Assembly (NCBI GenBank): GCA_002753665.1
Contig: PEAP01000006.1
Coordinates: 5,680-69,679, forward strand
Reading direction: 5' to 3'
DNA length: 64,000 nucleotides
Source of the DNA: Magnetococcales bacterium DC0425bin3
Lineage (GTDB): Bacteria; Pseudomonadota; Magnetococcia; Magnetococcales; DC0425bin3
Positions 50,434-59,529 of the stretch are shown here, piece after piece. The stretch's first letter is position 1; the number at the start of each line of letters is the position of its first letter. Position numbers and translations under genes: made by a program. Below the pieces are notes generated by a model that saw only the letters and a list, made by a program, of their open reading frames with translations, was not told where the DNA came from and made no database searches.

Positions 50434-51138
50434 ATGCCGCCACAGGCCCATCCCATGCCCTGGATCAAGACCGGCCTGCGGGCCCTGATTCCTTCCCTCA
50501 CCTGGCAACCGCGACCCCGGGTCGCCGCCGAGGTCGCCCGCCAGGGACCGGGCGCCGTCATCCTGGACCTGGGGGCCGGGGGACGTCGGCTGGGGGCGCG
50601 GGTGATCGGCGTCGATTTCCTGGTGCTGCCCGGCACCCGGGTGGCCGCCGACGTGACCCGGCTGCCCTTCGCCGATGCCTGCGCTGATCTGATCGTCGCC
50701 ACCGGACTGCTGGAGCATGTGGCCGATCCCCGGGCTGTCCTGGGTGAAATGCGACGGGTGCTGCGTCCCGGCGGCAACCTCCATGTGGAGATTCCCTTCC
50801 TGCAGCCCTACCATGCCGACCCCCGGGATTTCCGCCGTTATACCCTCGAAGGCCTGCAGGACCTGGTGCGGGAGCATGGTTTCCAGGTGCAGGACAGCGG
50901 GGTTCACATCGGCCCAACGGTCACCCTGCTGACCGTGAGCGTCTATTATTTTTCGCTCTGGTTCGAAGGGGGGGGCTTGGCGGGCCGGGTGGCCTCCAAT
51001 GGGCTGTTCTGGCTGCTGTCCCTGCTGCTGTATCCGTTCAAATTCCTGGATTACGCCCTGATCCACAAGAAGAACGCCCATCGGCTGGCCTTTGGGCTGT
51101 TCTGCACCGCGGTCCGGGGGCCGGACGGGAAGACCTAG
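50434..51138 (+). CDS. class I SAM-dependent methyltransferase with hydrophobic C-terminal region
   Basis: VILDLGAGGRRLG (motif I), LPFADACADLIVATGLLEHV, LRPGG. The C-terminal ~70 aa contain two TM-like segments. ATG 50455 is an alternative start. Confidence 0.75.
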   Translation: MPPQAHPMPWIKTGLRALIPSLTWQPRPRVAAEVARQGPGAVILDLGAGGRRLGARVIGVDFLVLPGTRVAADVTRLPFADACADLIVATGLLEHVADPRAVLGEMRRVLRPGGNLHVEIPFLQPYHADPRDFRRYTLEGLQDLVREHGFQVQDSGVHIGPTVTLLTVSVYYFSLWFEGGGLAGRVASNGLFWLLSLLLYPFKFLDYALIHKKNAHRLAFGLFCTAVRGPDGKT

Positions 51139-52307
51139 CCCCCCCTCCGCCAGCGCTTGTACCGAAGCCATGGCCGGTACAGCGGGCGCAACGGACGAAC
51201 ACGGTAGAACAGGGAACGGTTGCTCCAAAATTCGGTGTGTCTGCGGATGGGCAATGCCATGATCTGTTCGAATTCCGTGGCGTCGAGTCCCAGTTTCTTC
51301 AGGACAAATTCCTTGTCCTGCTCCATCAGCGTTCCGGGATAGGATGGTGTCTTCAGGATCTCCAACGCTTTTTCCCGAGTCATCTGGCCCGAACAGATCA
51401 GGTTGGAAAGATGGGCCTTGCGTTTATCGATGCCGAACTTCTCAGGCAAGAGATAGCCCTGATAGAAGCGGGTAAAAATCGATTCGTAATGTTTCCCGCC
51501 GTAATCCCGCCAGCCAAAGGCCTCCAGCAGTCGCTGTTTGACCTCCCCCGAGTGGTAGGACATGAAGTCGAGCAAGTCATACCGCCTGATCTTCTGTCTG
51601 GCCAGATTGCGATTGACCCGGTCCCCCATGAAGGGATACTGGCGAATGGGCACCCGGCAATATTGACGGCAGATATCCCGGATATTGGCCTCATCCTCCT
51701 TGAGATAGATCCAGCTGAAGGGCAGAAAGCTCTCCGTCTCCAGGTTCACTCCCGAGAGGACCGAAGGGATCTTGAACTTCAGGGCCACCTCGTACATGAC
51801 CGTGAAGATGGCATGGTCGGTCAGGACTTCGATGTCCACCACCGAGGCGCGGAGATAGGCCAACTGCATCTCCCTGAACTCATCCCAGTCCATGACGAAA
51901 GTATGCAGATCGAACCCGGTTTTTCCGATGATGCGGTTGATGTTGTCGATGGCCAGTTCGGAGTTCCAGCCATTGTCGAAATGGACCAGCAACGGACGCA
52001 GGTTCCGTTCGTGGCACAGCAGGACCAGATAGCTGCTGTCCACCCCACCGCTCAGACCGAGGATGACATCATACGGTTTCCCCCGGCCGGCCTGTTTAAT
52101 CAGGTCAATCTGTTCCGCGAGGGCGGCCTCGTTGCGGTGGTGTTTGCGGATTTCCCATGCCGCATCAAAATCCCGGCACAGCCGGCAAATGCCTTTTTCA
52201 TCCAGCTGAACCTCGATGGCGTCGGTGGTTTCCATCACGCAGCGACTGCACATCCGGGCCGGGGAACCGTTGGGATTGTTCAGCCTTCTTGCTGATGGTG
52301 TAGTCAT
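51135..52307 (-). CDS. N-acetyl sugar amidotransferase (PP-loop ATPase, WbpG/LfnA-like)
   Basis: N-terminal Cys pairs CSRCV...CRLC. PP-loop ILGLSGGVDSSY. 390 aa. Confidence 0.75.
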   Translation of the reverse strand: MTTPSARRLNNPNGSPARMCSRCVMETTDAIEVQLDEKGICRLCRDFDAAWEIRKHHRNEAALAEQIDLIKQAGRGKPYDVILGLSGGVDSSYLVLLCHERNLRPLLVHFDNGWNSELAIDNINRIIGKTGFDLHTFVMDWDEFREMQLAYLRASVVDIEVLTDHAIFTVMYEVALKFKIPSVLSGVNLETESFLPFSWIYLKEDEANIRDICRQYCRVPIRQYPFMGDRVNRNLARQKIRRYDLLDFMSYHSGEVKQRLLEAFGWRDYGGKHYESIFTRFYQGYLLPEKFGIDKRKAHLSNLICSGQMTREKALEILKTPSYPGTLMEQDKEFVLKKLGLDATEFEQIMALPIRRHTEFWSNRSLFYRVRPLRPLYRPWLRYKRWRRGG

Positions 52308-52313
52308 AAATTA

Positions 52314-53624
52314 TCACGCAGCCTCGGGCGACGCATCATTGATCAATTCCTGGATCTGCCACTCCAGGATGGGCAGCATCACCCCCGGGGGAACCGGTTT
52401 GACGGTGCGGCCCAGGGGGTTGAGACCCAATTCGTTGATTTCGAACTGCACTTCCTGTTTCCCGATCAGGACATCCCCCAGCGGGACCTCGATGAAGACC
52501 TGCACGACATACCGGCCCACGGTCATCAGGCCGGGCGGAATGCGGCAGATCGATCGGTAGCGCCCGGCCCGGCGCATTTTCCGGCCGGTTTTGTCTAGGC
52601 AATCGGACGACGAAAACAGCACGATGGCATCGGCATCAATCAGCTGGATTGCCACCCGCAGCTCGGGGATGTCCTGGAGCAGGGCATAGTCGATTTCGAT
52701 CCGGATCTCATTCAAGGTCGAAAGGAGGCTGTCCAGCCGTCCGGCGATGTCCCGCACCGCGATGGAATACAGCCTGACCTGGGAGGTGGCGGGACAATAG
52801 TCGGGCTCCCAGCGGGTCAGGCGCATGGCAACCTTGGCGCTGTCCAGGTACTGGGAGATGACCTGGGGAGTCTTGCCTTCCATGACCACGCGGCCCTGCT
52901 CCAAAAGTATCGCCTGGGGACACAGCCGCTGCACGGCGGCCATGTTGTGGCTGACGAACAGAATGGTGCGCCCGGATTTCTGGCTGACATCCTCCATCTT
53001 GCCCAGGCATTTGGCCTGGAAATCGGCATCCCCCACCGCCAACACCTCATCGACGATGAGGATGTCCGGCTCCAGATGGGCCGCCACCGCGAACGCCAAC
53101 CGCACATGCATGCCCGAGGAATAGCGCTTGACCGGGGTATCGATGTATTTGGCCACCCCGGCAAAGGCGACGATCTCATCCAGCCTGGCCTGGATTTCCC
53201 GCCGATTCATGCCCATGATGGCGCCGTTGAGAAAGACGTTCTCCCGCCCGGTGAGGTCTGGATGAAACCCGGTGCCCACCTCCAGCAGGCTGGCCAGGCG
53301 GCCGCGGATTCCGATGCGTCCGGTAGTGGGGGCCGTCACCCGGGACAGCAGCTTGAGCAGGGTGGACTTGCCCGCCCCGTTGTGGCCGATGATGCCCACC
53401 ACCGACCCCTGCTCGATGGCGATGTCGATCCCCCGCAGGGCCCACATCAGCTTCCCGTTCGCCGCGATCTGGTCCTCCTCCCTCCCCACCGGCGCCAAAG
53501 GGTCTGGCCGGCCCAGGATTTTCGCGAACCAGCGGTTGAGGTCATGGGCAAAGGTGCCCGAGCCCACCTCGCCGAGGCGGTATTGTTTGGAGACATCCTC
53601 CATCATCAGGGCCAGTCGGGGCAT
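52314..53624 (-). CDS. polysaccharide ABC exporter ATP-binding protein (Wzt/TagH type) with C-terminal ~190-aa extra domain
   Basis: Walker A GHNGAGKST, signature YSSGMHVRLAFA, Walker B ILIVDEVLAVGD. The beta-rich C-terminal extension is consistent with a Wzt-type glycan-terminus-binding domain. Confidence 0.85.
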   Translation of the reverse strand: MPRLALMMEDVSKQYRLGEVGSGTFAHDLNRWFAKILGRPDPLAPVGREEDQIAANGKLMWALRGIDIAIEQGSVVGIIGHNGAGKSTLLKLLSRVTAPTTGRIGIRGRLASLLEVGTGFHPDLTGRENVFLNGAIMGMNRREIQARLDEIVAFAGVAKYIDTPVKRYSSGMHVRLAFAVAAHLEPDILIVDEVLAVGDADFQAKCLGKMEDVSQKSGRTILFVSHNMAAVQRLCPQAILLEQGRVVMEGKTPQVISQYLDSAKVAMRLTRWEPDYCPATSQVRLYSIAVRDIAGRLDSLLSTLNEIRIEIDYALLQDIPELRVAIQLIDADAIVLFSSSDCLDKTGRKMRRAGRYRSICRIPPGLMTVGRYVVQVFIEVPLGDVLIGKQEVQFEINELGLNPLGRTVKPVPPGVMLPILEWQIQELINDASPEAA

Positions 53625-53627
53625 GGG

Positions 53628-54497
53628 TTACACCGTATCCATGAAGGTCTGCTCCACCCGGGTGAAGATCACCAGGGCGACGAACAGGACCAGCGCCATG
53701 AAGCCCGTGCTGTAGAACAGATGCAGCCAATGGAGAACGCCCTGTCCCAGAAAGGCGAAACGGAAGCCCTCGATGATGGGTGTCAGGGGATTGGCCATCA
53801 GCAGCCAGCGGTATTCTCCCGGCAGAGAAGAGAGGGGATAGATCACCGGCGTGGCATACATGATGAGCTGAATCGCAAAACTCAACAGAAAACGCAGATC
53901 ACGGTATTTGGTGGTCAGGGCGGTGACGATCATCCCCAGGCCCAGCCCGATTCCCCCCATGAGCAGCAGGAACAGCGGCAGGAGCAGCATGGCGGCGTTG
54001 GGATGGACCATCGCCCCGTGAAACAGATGCCAACCCAGGAAGGCCAGAAACAGGACAAACTGCACTCCGAACTTGATGAGGCTGGACAGAACAATGCTCA
54101 GCGGAATGATCATCCGCGGAAAATAGACCTTGCCGAACAGGCTGGCGTTCTGGACGAACGTCTCGGAGGTCTTGGTCAGGGTATCGGAGATGAAGGTCCA
54201 GCAGGTGACTCCGGCCAGATAGAACAGGATCCGGGGCAGGCCGTCGGTGGACAGCCCGGCGATGCGGCCGAAGACCAGGGTGAACATCAGGGTGGTGAGC
54301 AGCGGCTGCAGCAGGAACCACAGCGGGCCCAGAATGGTCTGCTTGTAGAGCGAAACGAAGTCCCGCCGTACCAGCAGCAACAACAGATCCCGGTACTGCC
54401 AGATTTCGGCTACCGGAATGGCCAGCCAAGGCCGCTGGGGATGGATTTCCAGATCCCACTCCCCGGCGGAATACCACCTGTCTTGACTCGATGTCAT
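53628..54497 (-). CDS. polysaccharide ABC exporter permease (Wzm, ABC-2 type)
   Basis: 289 aa, six TM-like segments. Directly upstream of and co-oriented with the Wzt-like ATPase. Confidence 0.8.
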   Translation of the reverse strand: MTSSQDRWYSAGEWDLEIHPQRPWLAIPVAEIWQYRDLLLLLVRRDFVSLYKQTILGPLWFLLQPLLTTLMFTLVFGRIAGLSTDGLPRILFYLAGVTCWTFISDTLTKTSETFVQNASLFGKVYFPRMIIPLSIVLSSLIKFGVQFVLFLAFLGWHLFHGAMVHPNAAMLLLPLFLLLMGGIGLGLGMIVTALTTKYRDLRFLLSFAIQLIMYATPVIYPLSSLPGEYRWLLMANPLTPIIEGFRFAFLGQGVLHWLHLFYSTGFMALVLFVALVIFTRVEQTFMDTV

Positions 54498-54500
54498 GGC

Positions 54501-55868
54501 TTACCGCCTTCTTTCGTCTTCCAAAACAGTGACCAGTCGATCATTGCATTCGCCTCCCCCGGCGTCCGGTGGGCCACCGGTGCGGAACAGATCCGAAACA
54601 GCGAGGGACGGGCGAATCAGGGTCAGTCTCTCCCCCGCTTCCAGCAGATATTCCGCCGGCGTCGGATGGGAGAGGAACAGCAGCGGGCTGGCGCTGTAGG
54701 CATAGGCTCCCGAATCGAAAACGGCGATGCAATCGTCCAGCCGCGGCGCCCCCAGGGTCACCTGGTCCCCCAGGACATCCAGGGAGGTGCAGAGGGGCCC
54801 CACCACGGTCACCGTTTCAACCGGGGCGTCCGGGGCTGCGGAGAGGTTGACCAGGCGAAAATTCTTGCGGATGACCTGGCCGAAATTCCCGCTGGCGGAC
54901 AGATGATGATGCATGCCGCCATCCACCACACAATAGGTCCGACCCCGGGACCGTTTGACATCCACCACCCGCGCCACATACAGGCCGGCCTGGGCGACCA
55001 GGAATCGCCCCAGTTCGACGATGCCCATCAGCCGGGACCGACCCGTCCCACGGCGAAATTCCGCAAACAGCTCCCGGAACCGTCCTCCCGCCTCCCTCAC
55101 GTCCAGGGGCTGCTGACCGGCATGATAGGGAATCCCGAAGCCGCCTCCGAAATTGATCCGCCCGATGCCGCCGTGGCGGTGACTCATGACCCGCCGGGCG
55201 ATGTCCAGGGAGTGGCGGAAGTTGTCCACCAGGGCGTCCGCGACCAGGCATTGGGTGCCGGCGTAGATGTGCAGGCCAGTCATGCGACAGTCTGGCATAT
55301 CGTCCAGACGGTCCAGAATCCCCGTGATCTCCTCTTCGTCGATCCCGAACGGCGCGGGACGTCCGCCCATCTTGACGGCGAATTCCCGGGTCAGACGGCT
55401 GGGGTTGATCCGGAGGGTGACATTGGCTGGCGCGCCGAGCTGCGCCGCCAGTTGCTGGATCCGCCCCAGCTCGGTGGGGGATTCCACGCTGATGGACCCC
55501 AGGCCGCTGGCCACTGCCGCCGTCAATTCTGCCATCGACTTGCCGGGACCAGCGAAACTCAGGGTACCAGGGTTCCAGCCCCTGTCCATGGCAGCCCGCA
55601 GTTCGCCCCCGGAGGAAATATCCAGGCCGTCCACCAGGCCACTCAGACGGTGCAGCAACTCCGGATTCGGGTTGGCCTTGACCGCATAATAGAGCTTCAG
55701 ATCCGGACCCAGCGCCTGCCGCACTCCGGCGATGCGCCGCTCGATGGCCGGCATATCGTAGACGAAAAATGGCGTGTCCAGACCCTGGAACAGGGCCAGC
55801 AGCCCCTCCCGGGGGGCCGACCATCCCTCCCCGTCCAGGGTCGATGGCATGGAGATATCGGAGATCAT
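54501..55868 (-). CDS. PLP-dependent decarboxylase (Orn/DAP/Arg family), exosortase-A-system-associated type
   Basis: TPFFVYDMPAIERR..., YAVKANPNPELL (PLP Lys region), and a C-terminal beta-barrel region resembling LysA. 455 aa. Confidence 0.75.
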   Translation of the reverse strand: MISDISMPSTLDGEGWSAPREGLLALFQGLDTPFFVYDMPAIERRIAGVRQALGPDLKLYYAVKANPNPELLHRLSGLVDGLDISSGGELRAAMDRGWNPGTLSFAGPGKSMAELTAAVASGLGSISVESPTELGRIQQLAAQLGAPANVTLRINPSRLTREFAVKMGGRPAPFGIDEEEITGILDRLDDMPDCRMTGLHIYAGTQCLVADALVDNFRHSLDIARRVMSHRHGGIGRINFGGGFGIPYHAGQQPLDVREAGGRFRELFAEFRRGTGRSRLMGIVELGRFLVAQAGLYVARVVDVKRSRGRTYCVVDGGMHHHLSASGNFGQVIRKNFRLVNLSAAPDAPVETVTVVGPLCTSLDVLGDQVTLGAPRLDDCIAVFDSGAYAYSASPLLFLSHPTPAEYLLEAGERLTLIRPSLAVSDLFRTGGPPDAGGGECNDRLVTVLEDERRR

Positions 55869-55960
55869 GCATCAACTGTACTGCATCCATTTCCATGAAC
55901 ACAAATTTGTCTGGCAGCCCGTTGATAAATGGGCTGCTGGCGGGGCAGGGATGCCCCTCC

Positions 55961-55991
55961 GGAATCAACGGATTGGAAATCCGTTGATTCC
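55961..55991. promoter_or_regulatory. perfect 14-bp inverted repeat (candidate operator) in a divergent promoter region
   Basis: GGAATCAACGGATT-GGA-AATCCGTTGATTCC lies between the decarboxylase gene (-) and the membrane protein gene (+). Confidence 0.4.
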
Positions 55992-56047
55992 GTGAGGGAA
56001 CCGCAAGCTCTGCTTGAAGGCTTTATGGCCCCTTCAGGATCTGTTAA

Positions 56048-56117
56048 CTTTGGATGGAGGGGAGATGCCTCCCTCCACCCTTCACCGATGAAAGCCGGTT
56101 TCCGGTTTCCACGGTAA
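56048..56117 (+). repeat. two-hairpin ~70-bp repeat, copy J
   Basis: CTTTGGATGGAGGGGAGATGCCTCCCTCCACCCTTCACCGATGAAAGCCGG-TTT-CCGGTTTCCACGGTAAC. Confidence 0.8.
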
Positions 56118-56222
56118 CTTCAATAGGATTGGGGAGGGGATGAAGGTCGCATCACGACGTTCACGGTCACCTCCATCGGAACGATGCTATCGGCACTCCC
56201 ACGGATTCCTGACCATTTGCCC

Positions 56223-57599
56223 ATGGAACGTCCCCGAATCCCTGCCCTGTTGCCCATCGTACTGCTGCTACTCCAGGCGGCCCTGCTCCACTGGCTCTAC
56301 GAGCGGTCCGGCTTCGCCCCCAAGAGCTATCCGGACACCATCGATTACACCTTCTTCGCCCAGCAGACCTGGACCGAGCGCCTCACCTCCCTGCGCACCA
56401 TCGGCTACCCAATCTTCCTGTATCTCCATTCCCTGGTGGCCGACCAGTTCCGCCTGGTGCCACTGTGGCATTTTCTGCTCCATATCGCCACCGTGGTGGT
56501 GTTCCAGTCGTCCCTGCTGCAATTCGGCTTCCGGACCTGGACCGCCTTTCTGGCCGCCAGCGCGCTGGTTTACGCCAGTATCCTGCGCTATTTCGGTCAT
56601 GCGATCCTCACCGACGCGCCCGGCACCGCCCTGATCATCCTGCTCACCGCCCTGCTGCTGTTCTCCCTCACCCGACCCCGAAGCCGCTGGTGGCTGGCGG
56701 GGTTGGGGGTGGGGCTGTTCGTCTCCTATCAGGTACGGCCGGCCAATCTCTACCTGGTGGCCCTGATCCCCCTGTTGGGGGGGATGCTCTACCCTCTGAC
56801 TCCCGGCAATCCGGCCACCCGCTGCTGGACCACCCCCGACTTTCGCCGCCATCTGCAACGCCTGACCCTGGTGTCCCTGGTGCCGTTTCTGCTGTTCTGC
56901 GGCCTGCGCTGGGTGACGGTGGGCCATTTTGGCCTGGTGTCCTTCGGCGGTCACAACGCCATCGGGGTGCTGGCCTCCCTGGTGCAGGCCGAGACAGTGG
57001 ATCAGCTGGATCCCGAGGTCCGGCCCCTGGCCCGGGCCATCGCTGCGGAACGGGAGCGGCGGGGCATGGAATGGCCGTTTTCCCGCCTGGGCTGGATCCG
57101 TTACGAAATCTGGTTCAAGGAGTACAACCCCAACTCCCACGAGGTGGCACTGCCGGCGGCCCTGAAACTGGCCGGGGGCAGCCGGGTGGAGGCCAACCGC
57201 ATGATGACCAGGCTGTCCTGGGCCATCCTGTTCCAGCATCCGGATCTCTACGCCCGCTGGGTGGTGGCCTCCTTCGCCGAGTCGCTCTGCGGACTGGTGC
57301 GCCGCGAGGCCACCCTGCAGGCCACCGCGCTGCTGCTGCTGCTGGCCTTCACCGCCGCCCGCATGCGCCCCCGTCTCCCGGAGGCCGCCGTTCGACAGCA
57401 GGAGCGCGAGACCACGGTGCTGCTGTTGATCAGCCTGCTGTTTTTCCTCAGCGGCACCCTGCTGGTGGTGCTGGTGGAGCAACCCCTGGAACGCTACATC
57501 TTCAGCACGGCCGTCTTCATTCCTTCATTGCTGGCCGCGGTCCTATCCCACCAGCTGACCCGCCTGCTGGCCCGCAGCCCCACCGCCGGAGATCAGTGA
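56223..57599 (+). CDS. polytopic integral membrane protein, possibly GT-C-fold (ArnT/PMT-like) glycosyltransferase or polymerase
   Basis: About 10 or more hydrophobic segments with one larger soluble loop (~56950-57250). Function is inferred from context only. Start MERPRIPALLPIVLLL at 56223; ATG 56184 is an alternative. Confidence 0.45.
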   Translation: MERPRIPALLPIVLLLLQAALLHWLYERSGFAPKSYPDTIDYTFFAQQTWTERLTSLRTIGYPIFLYLHSLVADQFRLVPLWHFLLHIATVVVFQSSLLQFGFRTWTAFLAASALVYASILRYFGHAILTDAPGTALIILLTALLLFSLTRPRSRWWLAGLGVGLFVSYQVRPANLYLVALIPLLGGMLYPLTPGNPATRCWTTPDFRRHLQRLTLVSLVPFLLFCGLRWVTVGHFGLVSFGGHNAIGVLASLVQAETVDQLDPEVRPLARAIAAERERRGMEWPFSRLGWIRYEIWFKEYNPNSHEVALPAALKLAGGSRVEANRMMTRLSWAILFQHPDLYARWVVASFAESLCGLVRREATLQATALLLLLAFTAARMRPRLPEAAVRQQERETTVLLLISLLFFLSGTLLVVLVEQPLERYIFSTAVFIPSLLAAVLSHQLTRLLARSPTAGDQ

Positions 57600-59509
57600 G
57601 GCACCACAGGTGGCTCGGCAGCCCCCAGTCCCGCCTGCCACATGTGGAACATCACCAGGCCCAGCAGGCGCAGGCCATTGTCCCGCTCCATGGCCAGATG
57701 TTCCCGCCACAGCCGGTCCACCTCCTCCGGCACGAAGAACTCCCCGGCCAGGGCCGCCCGGGTCGGGTCGGCGAACAGACGATCCCGGGTCTCGGCCAGC
57801 CAATGGGCGATGGGGGCGTTGAAACCCTCCTTGGGCCGGTTGAGAATCCGCTCCGGCAGGCAGCCCTTCTGACTGGCCTTGAGCAGGTATTTTCTCTTCA
57901 GACCCTTCATCTTCAGCGCCACGGGCAGAGCCGCGGCGAACTCCACCAGCCGGTAGTCCAGGAACGGTGCCCGGGCCTCCAGGGAATGGGCCATGGTGGT
58001 GCGGTCCACCTTGACCAGGATGTCGTCGGCCAACCAGGTCTTGATGTCCACATACATGGCCTGGTCAAGGTAGTGGCAATCGGCCACCTCGCGGAAATGC
58101 CGCTCGAAATGGATAAAAGGGTCCGCCGCGGCCACCGCTTCTCGCCAGGGAGGCCGCACCAGGGCCTGTTTTTCCGGCTCGGAGAAAATGCAGCGCCAGC
58201 TATAGTGGGCGCGCTGGGGACTGTGGCGGTGACCGGCCAGGAACTGGCGGATCTTGTAGTCGAAGCCGATCTTGTCGTAGGTCACCGGCACCAGGCGGTT
58301 CACCGCCCGCTCCAGCAGCCCGATCAGCCAGCCCGGCAGCCGGCGGGTGCGCTGGTGGATCCAGTCGGCGGTGTAGGTGGTGTAACCGGCGAACAGCTCG
58401 TCGGCCCCGTCCCCGGACAGGGCCACGGTCACCTGCTCCCGGGCGAAGGCCGACAACCGCACCATGGGAAAAATGGACGTATCGGCGAACGGTTCATCCA
58501 TCTGGTAAGCCAACGCCGGGAGGTTGACGGCGAATTCGGCGTCGATCAGGCGGCTGTTGAAGGTCACGCCCAGATGGGCGGCCACGCTTTGGGCTTCGTG
58601 GAGTTCGCAGTAGGTCCGCTCGGGAAACCCGATGGAAAAGGTGCGCACCTCCGACGGTTTGCCCAGGCGGCTCATGGCGGCGATGATGGTGGAGGAATCG
58701 ATGCCGCCGCTGAGAAAGCCCCCCAGGGGCACATCGCTTACCAGCCGCAGGCGCACCGAGTCTTCCAGCAGGGCATTGAACGCCTCCACCGCCTCCCTCT
58801 CGGAGGCGAAACGGTTCTTGCGACGGAAATGCTCCGCCAGGTCCCAATAGCGGTCGAGGACCGGCCCCCCCTCCCGCCGCCAGACCAGACAATGGGCCGG
58901 CGGCAGTTTTTTCACCCCGGCCAGGATGGCGGCCCCGGTCAGGGTATAGTTGAGGGACAGGTAATGGCTCAGGGCCACGGGATCCACCTGGCGCGGCACC
59001 TCGGGATCCTCGATCAGGGCCTTGAGTTCGCTGGCGAACACCACTCCGCCGTCGGGCAACGGGTAGTAGAACAGCGGCTTCTTGCCCAACCGGTCCCGGG
59101 CCAGAAACAGGGAGCGGGCCTCCCGGTCCCAGAGGGCGAAGGCGAACATGCCGTTGAAGCGTTCCAGGCAGGCAGTGCCCCAGCGCTTGTAGCTCTCCAG
59201 GATCACCTCGGTGTCGGTCCGGGTCAGGAAACGATGGCCGAGATCCTCCAGGGTGCGGCGGATCGGGGCGAAGTTATAGATTTCGCCGTTGAAGACGATC
59301 CAATAGCGGCCGCTGTGATCGACCATGGGCTGGTTGCCGGCCTCCCGCAAGTCGATGATGGCCAGACGCCGGTGCCCCAGGCCGATGTCGCCCTCCAGAA
59401 AGAGGCCTTCGGCGTCTGGCCCCCGATGCCGCATCCGCCGGGTCATGCGCCCGATGGTCGCCCCATCGGGTGGTCGCCCCCACGAGAATCGGCCCGCGAT
59501 TCCACACAT
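57593..59509 (-). CDS. asparagine synthase (glutamine-hydrolysing) family amidotransferase, second paralog
   Basis: True N-terminus MCGIAGRFSW (Ntn Cys), PP-loop SGGIDSSTI. The 16 upstream codons of ORF 57593..59557 translate repeat copy K and were rejected. Confidence 0.85.
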   Translation of the reverse strand: MCGIAGRFSWGRPPDGATIGRMTRRMRHRGPDAEGLFLEGDIGLGHRRLAIIDLREAGNQPMVDHSGRYWIVFNGEIYNFAPIRRTLEDLGHRFLTRTDTEVILESYKRWGTACLERFNGMFAFALWDREARSLFLARDRLGKKPLFYYPLPDGGVVFASELKALIEDPEVPRQVDPVALSHYLSLNYTLTGAAILAGVKKLPPAHCLVWRREGGPVLDRYWDLAEHFRRKNRFASEREAVEAFNALLEDSVRLRLVSDVPLGGFLSGGIDSSTIIAAMSRLGKPSEVRTFSIGFPERTYCELHEAQSVAAHLGVTFNSRLIDAEFAVNLPALAYQMDEPFADTSIFPMVRLSAFAREQVTVALSGDGADELFAGYTTYTADWIHQRTRRLPGWLIGLLERAVNRLVPVTYDKIGFDYKIRQFLAGHRHSPQRAHYSWRCIFSEPEKQALVRPPWREAVAAADPFIHFERHFREVADCHYLDQAMYVDIKTWLADDILVKVDRTTMAHSLEARAPFLDYRLVEFAAALPVALKMKGLKRKYLLKASQKGCLPERILNRPKEGFNAPIAHWLAETRDRLFADPTRAALAGEFFVPEEVDRLWREHLAMERDNGLRLLGLVMFHMWQAGLGAAEPPVVPH

Positions 59510-59529
59510 AACCAAGCGCCTTTCCAGAT

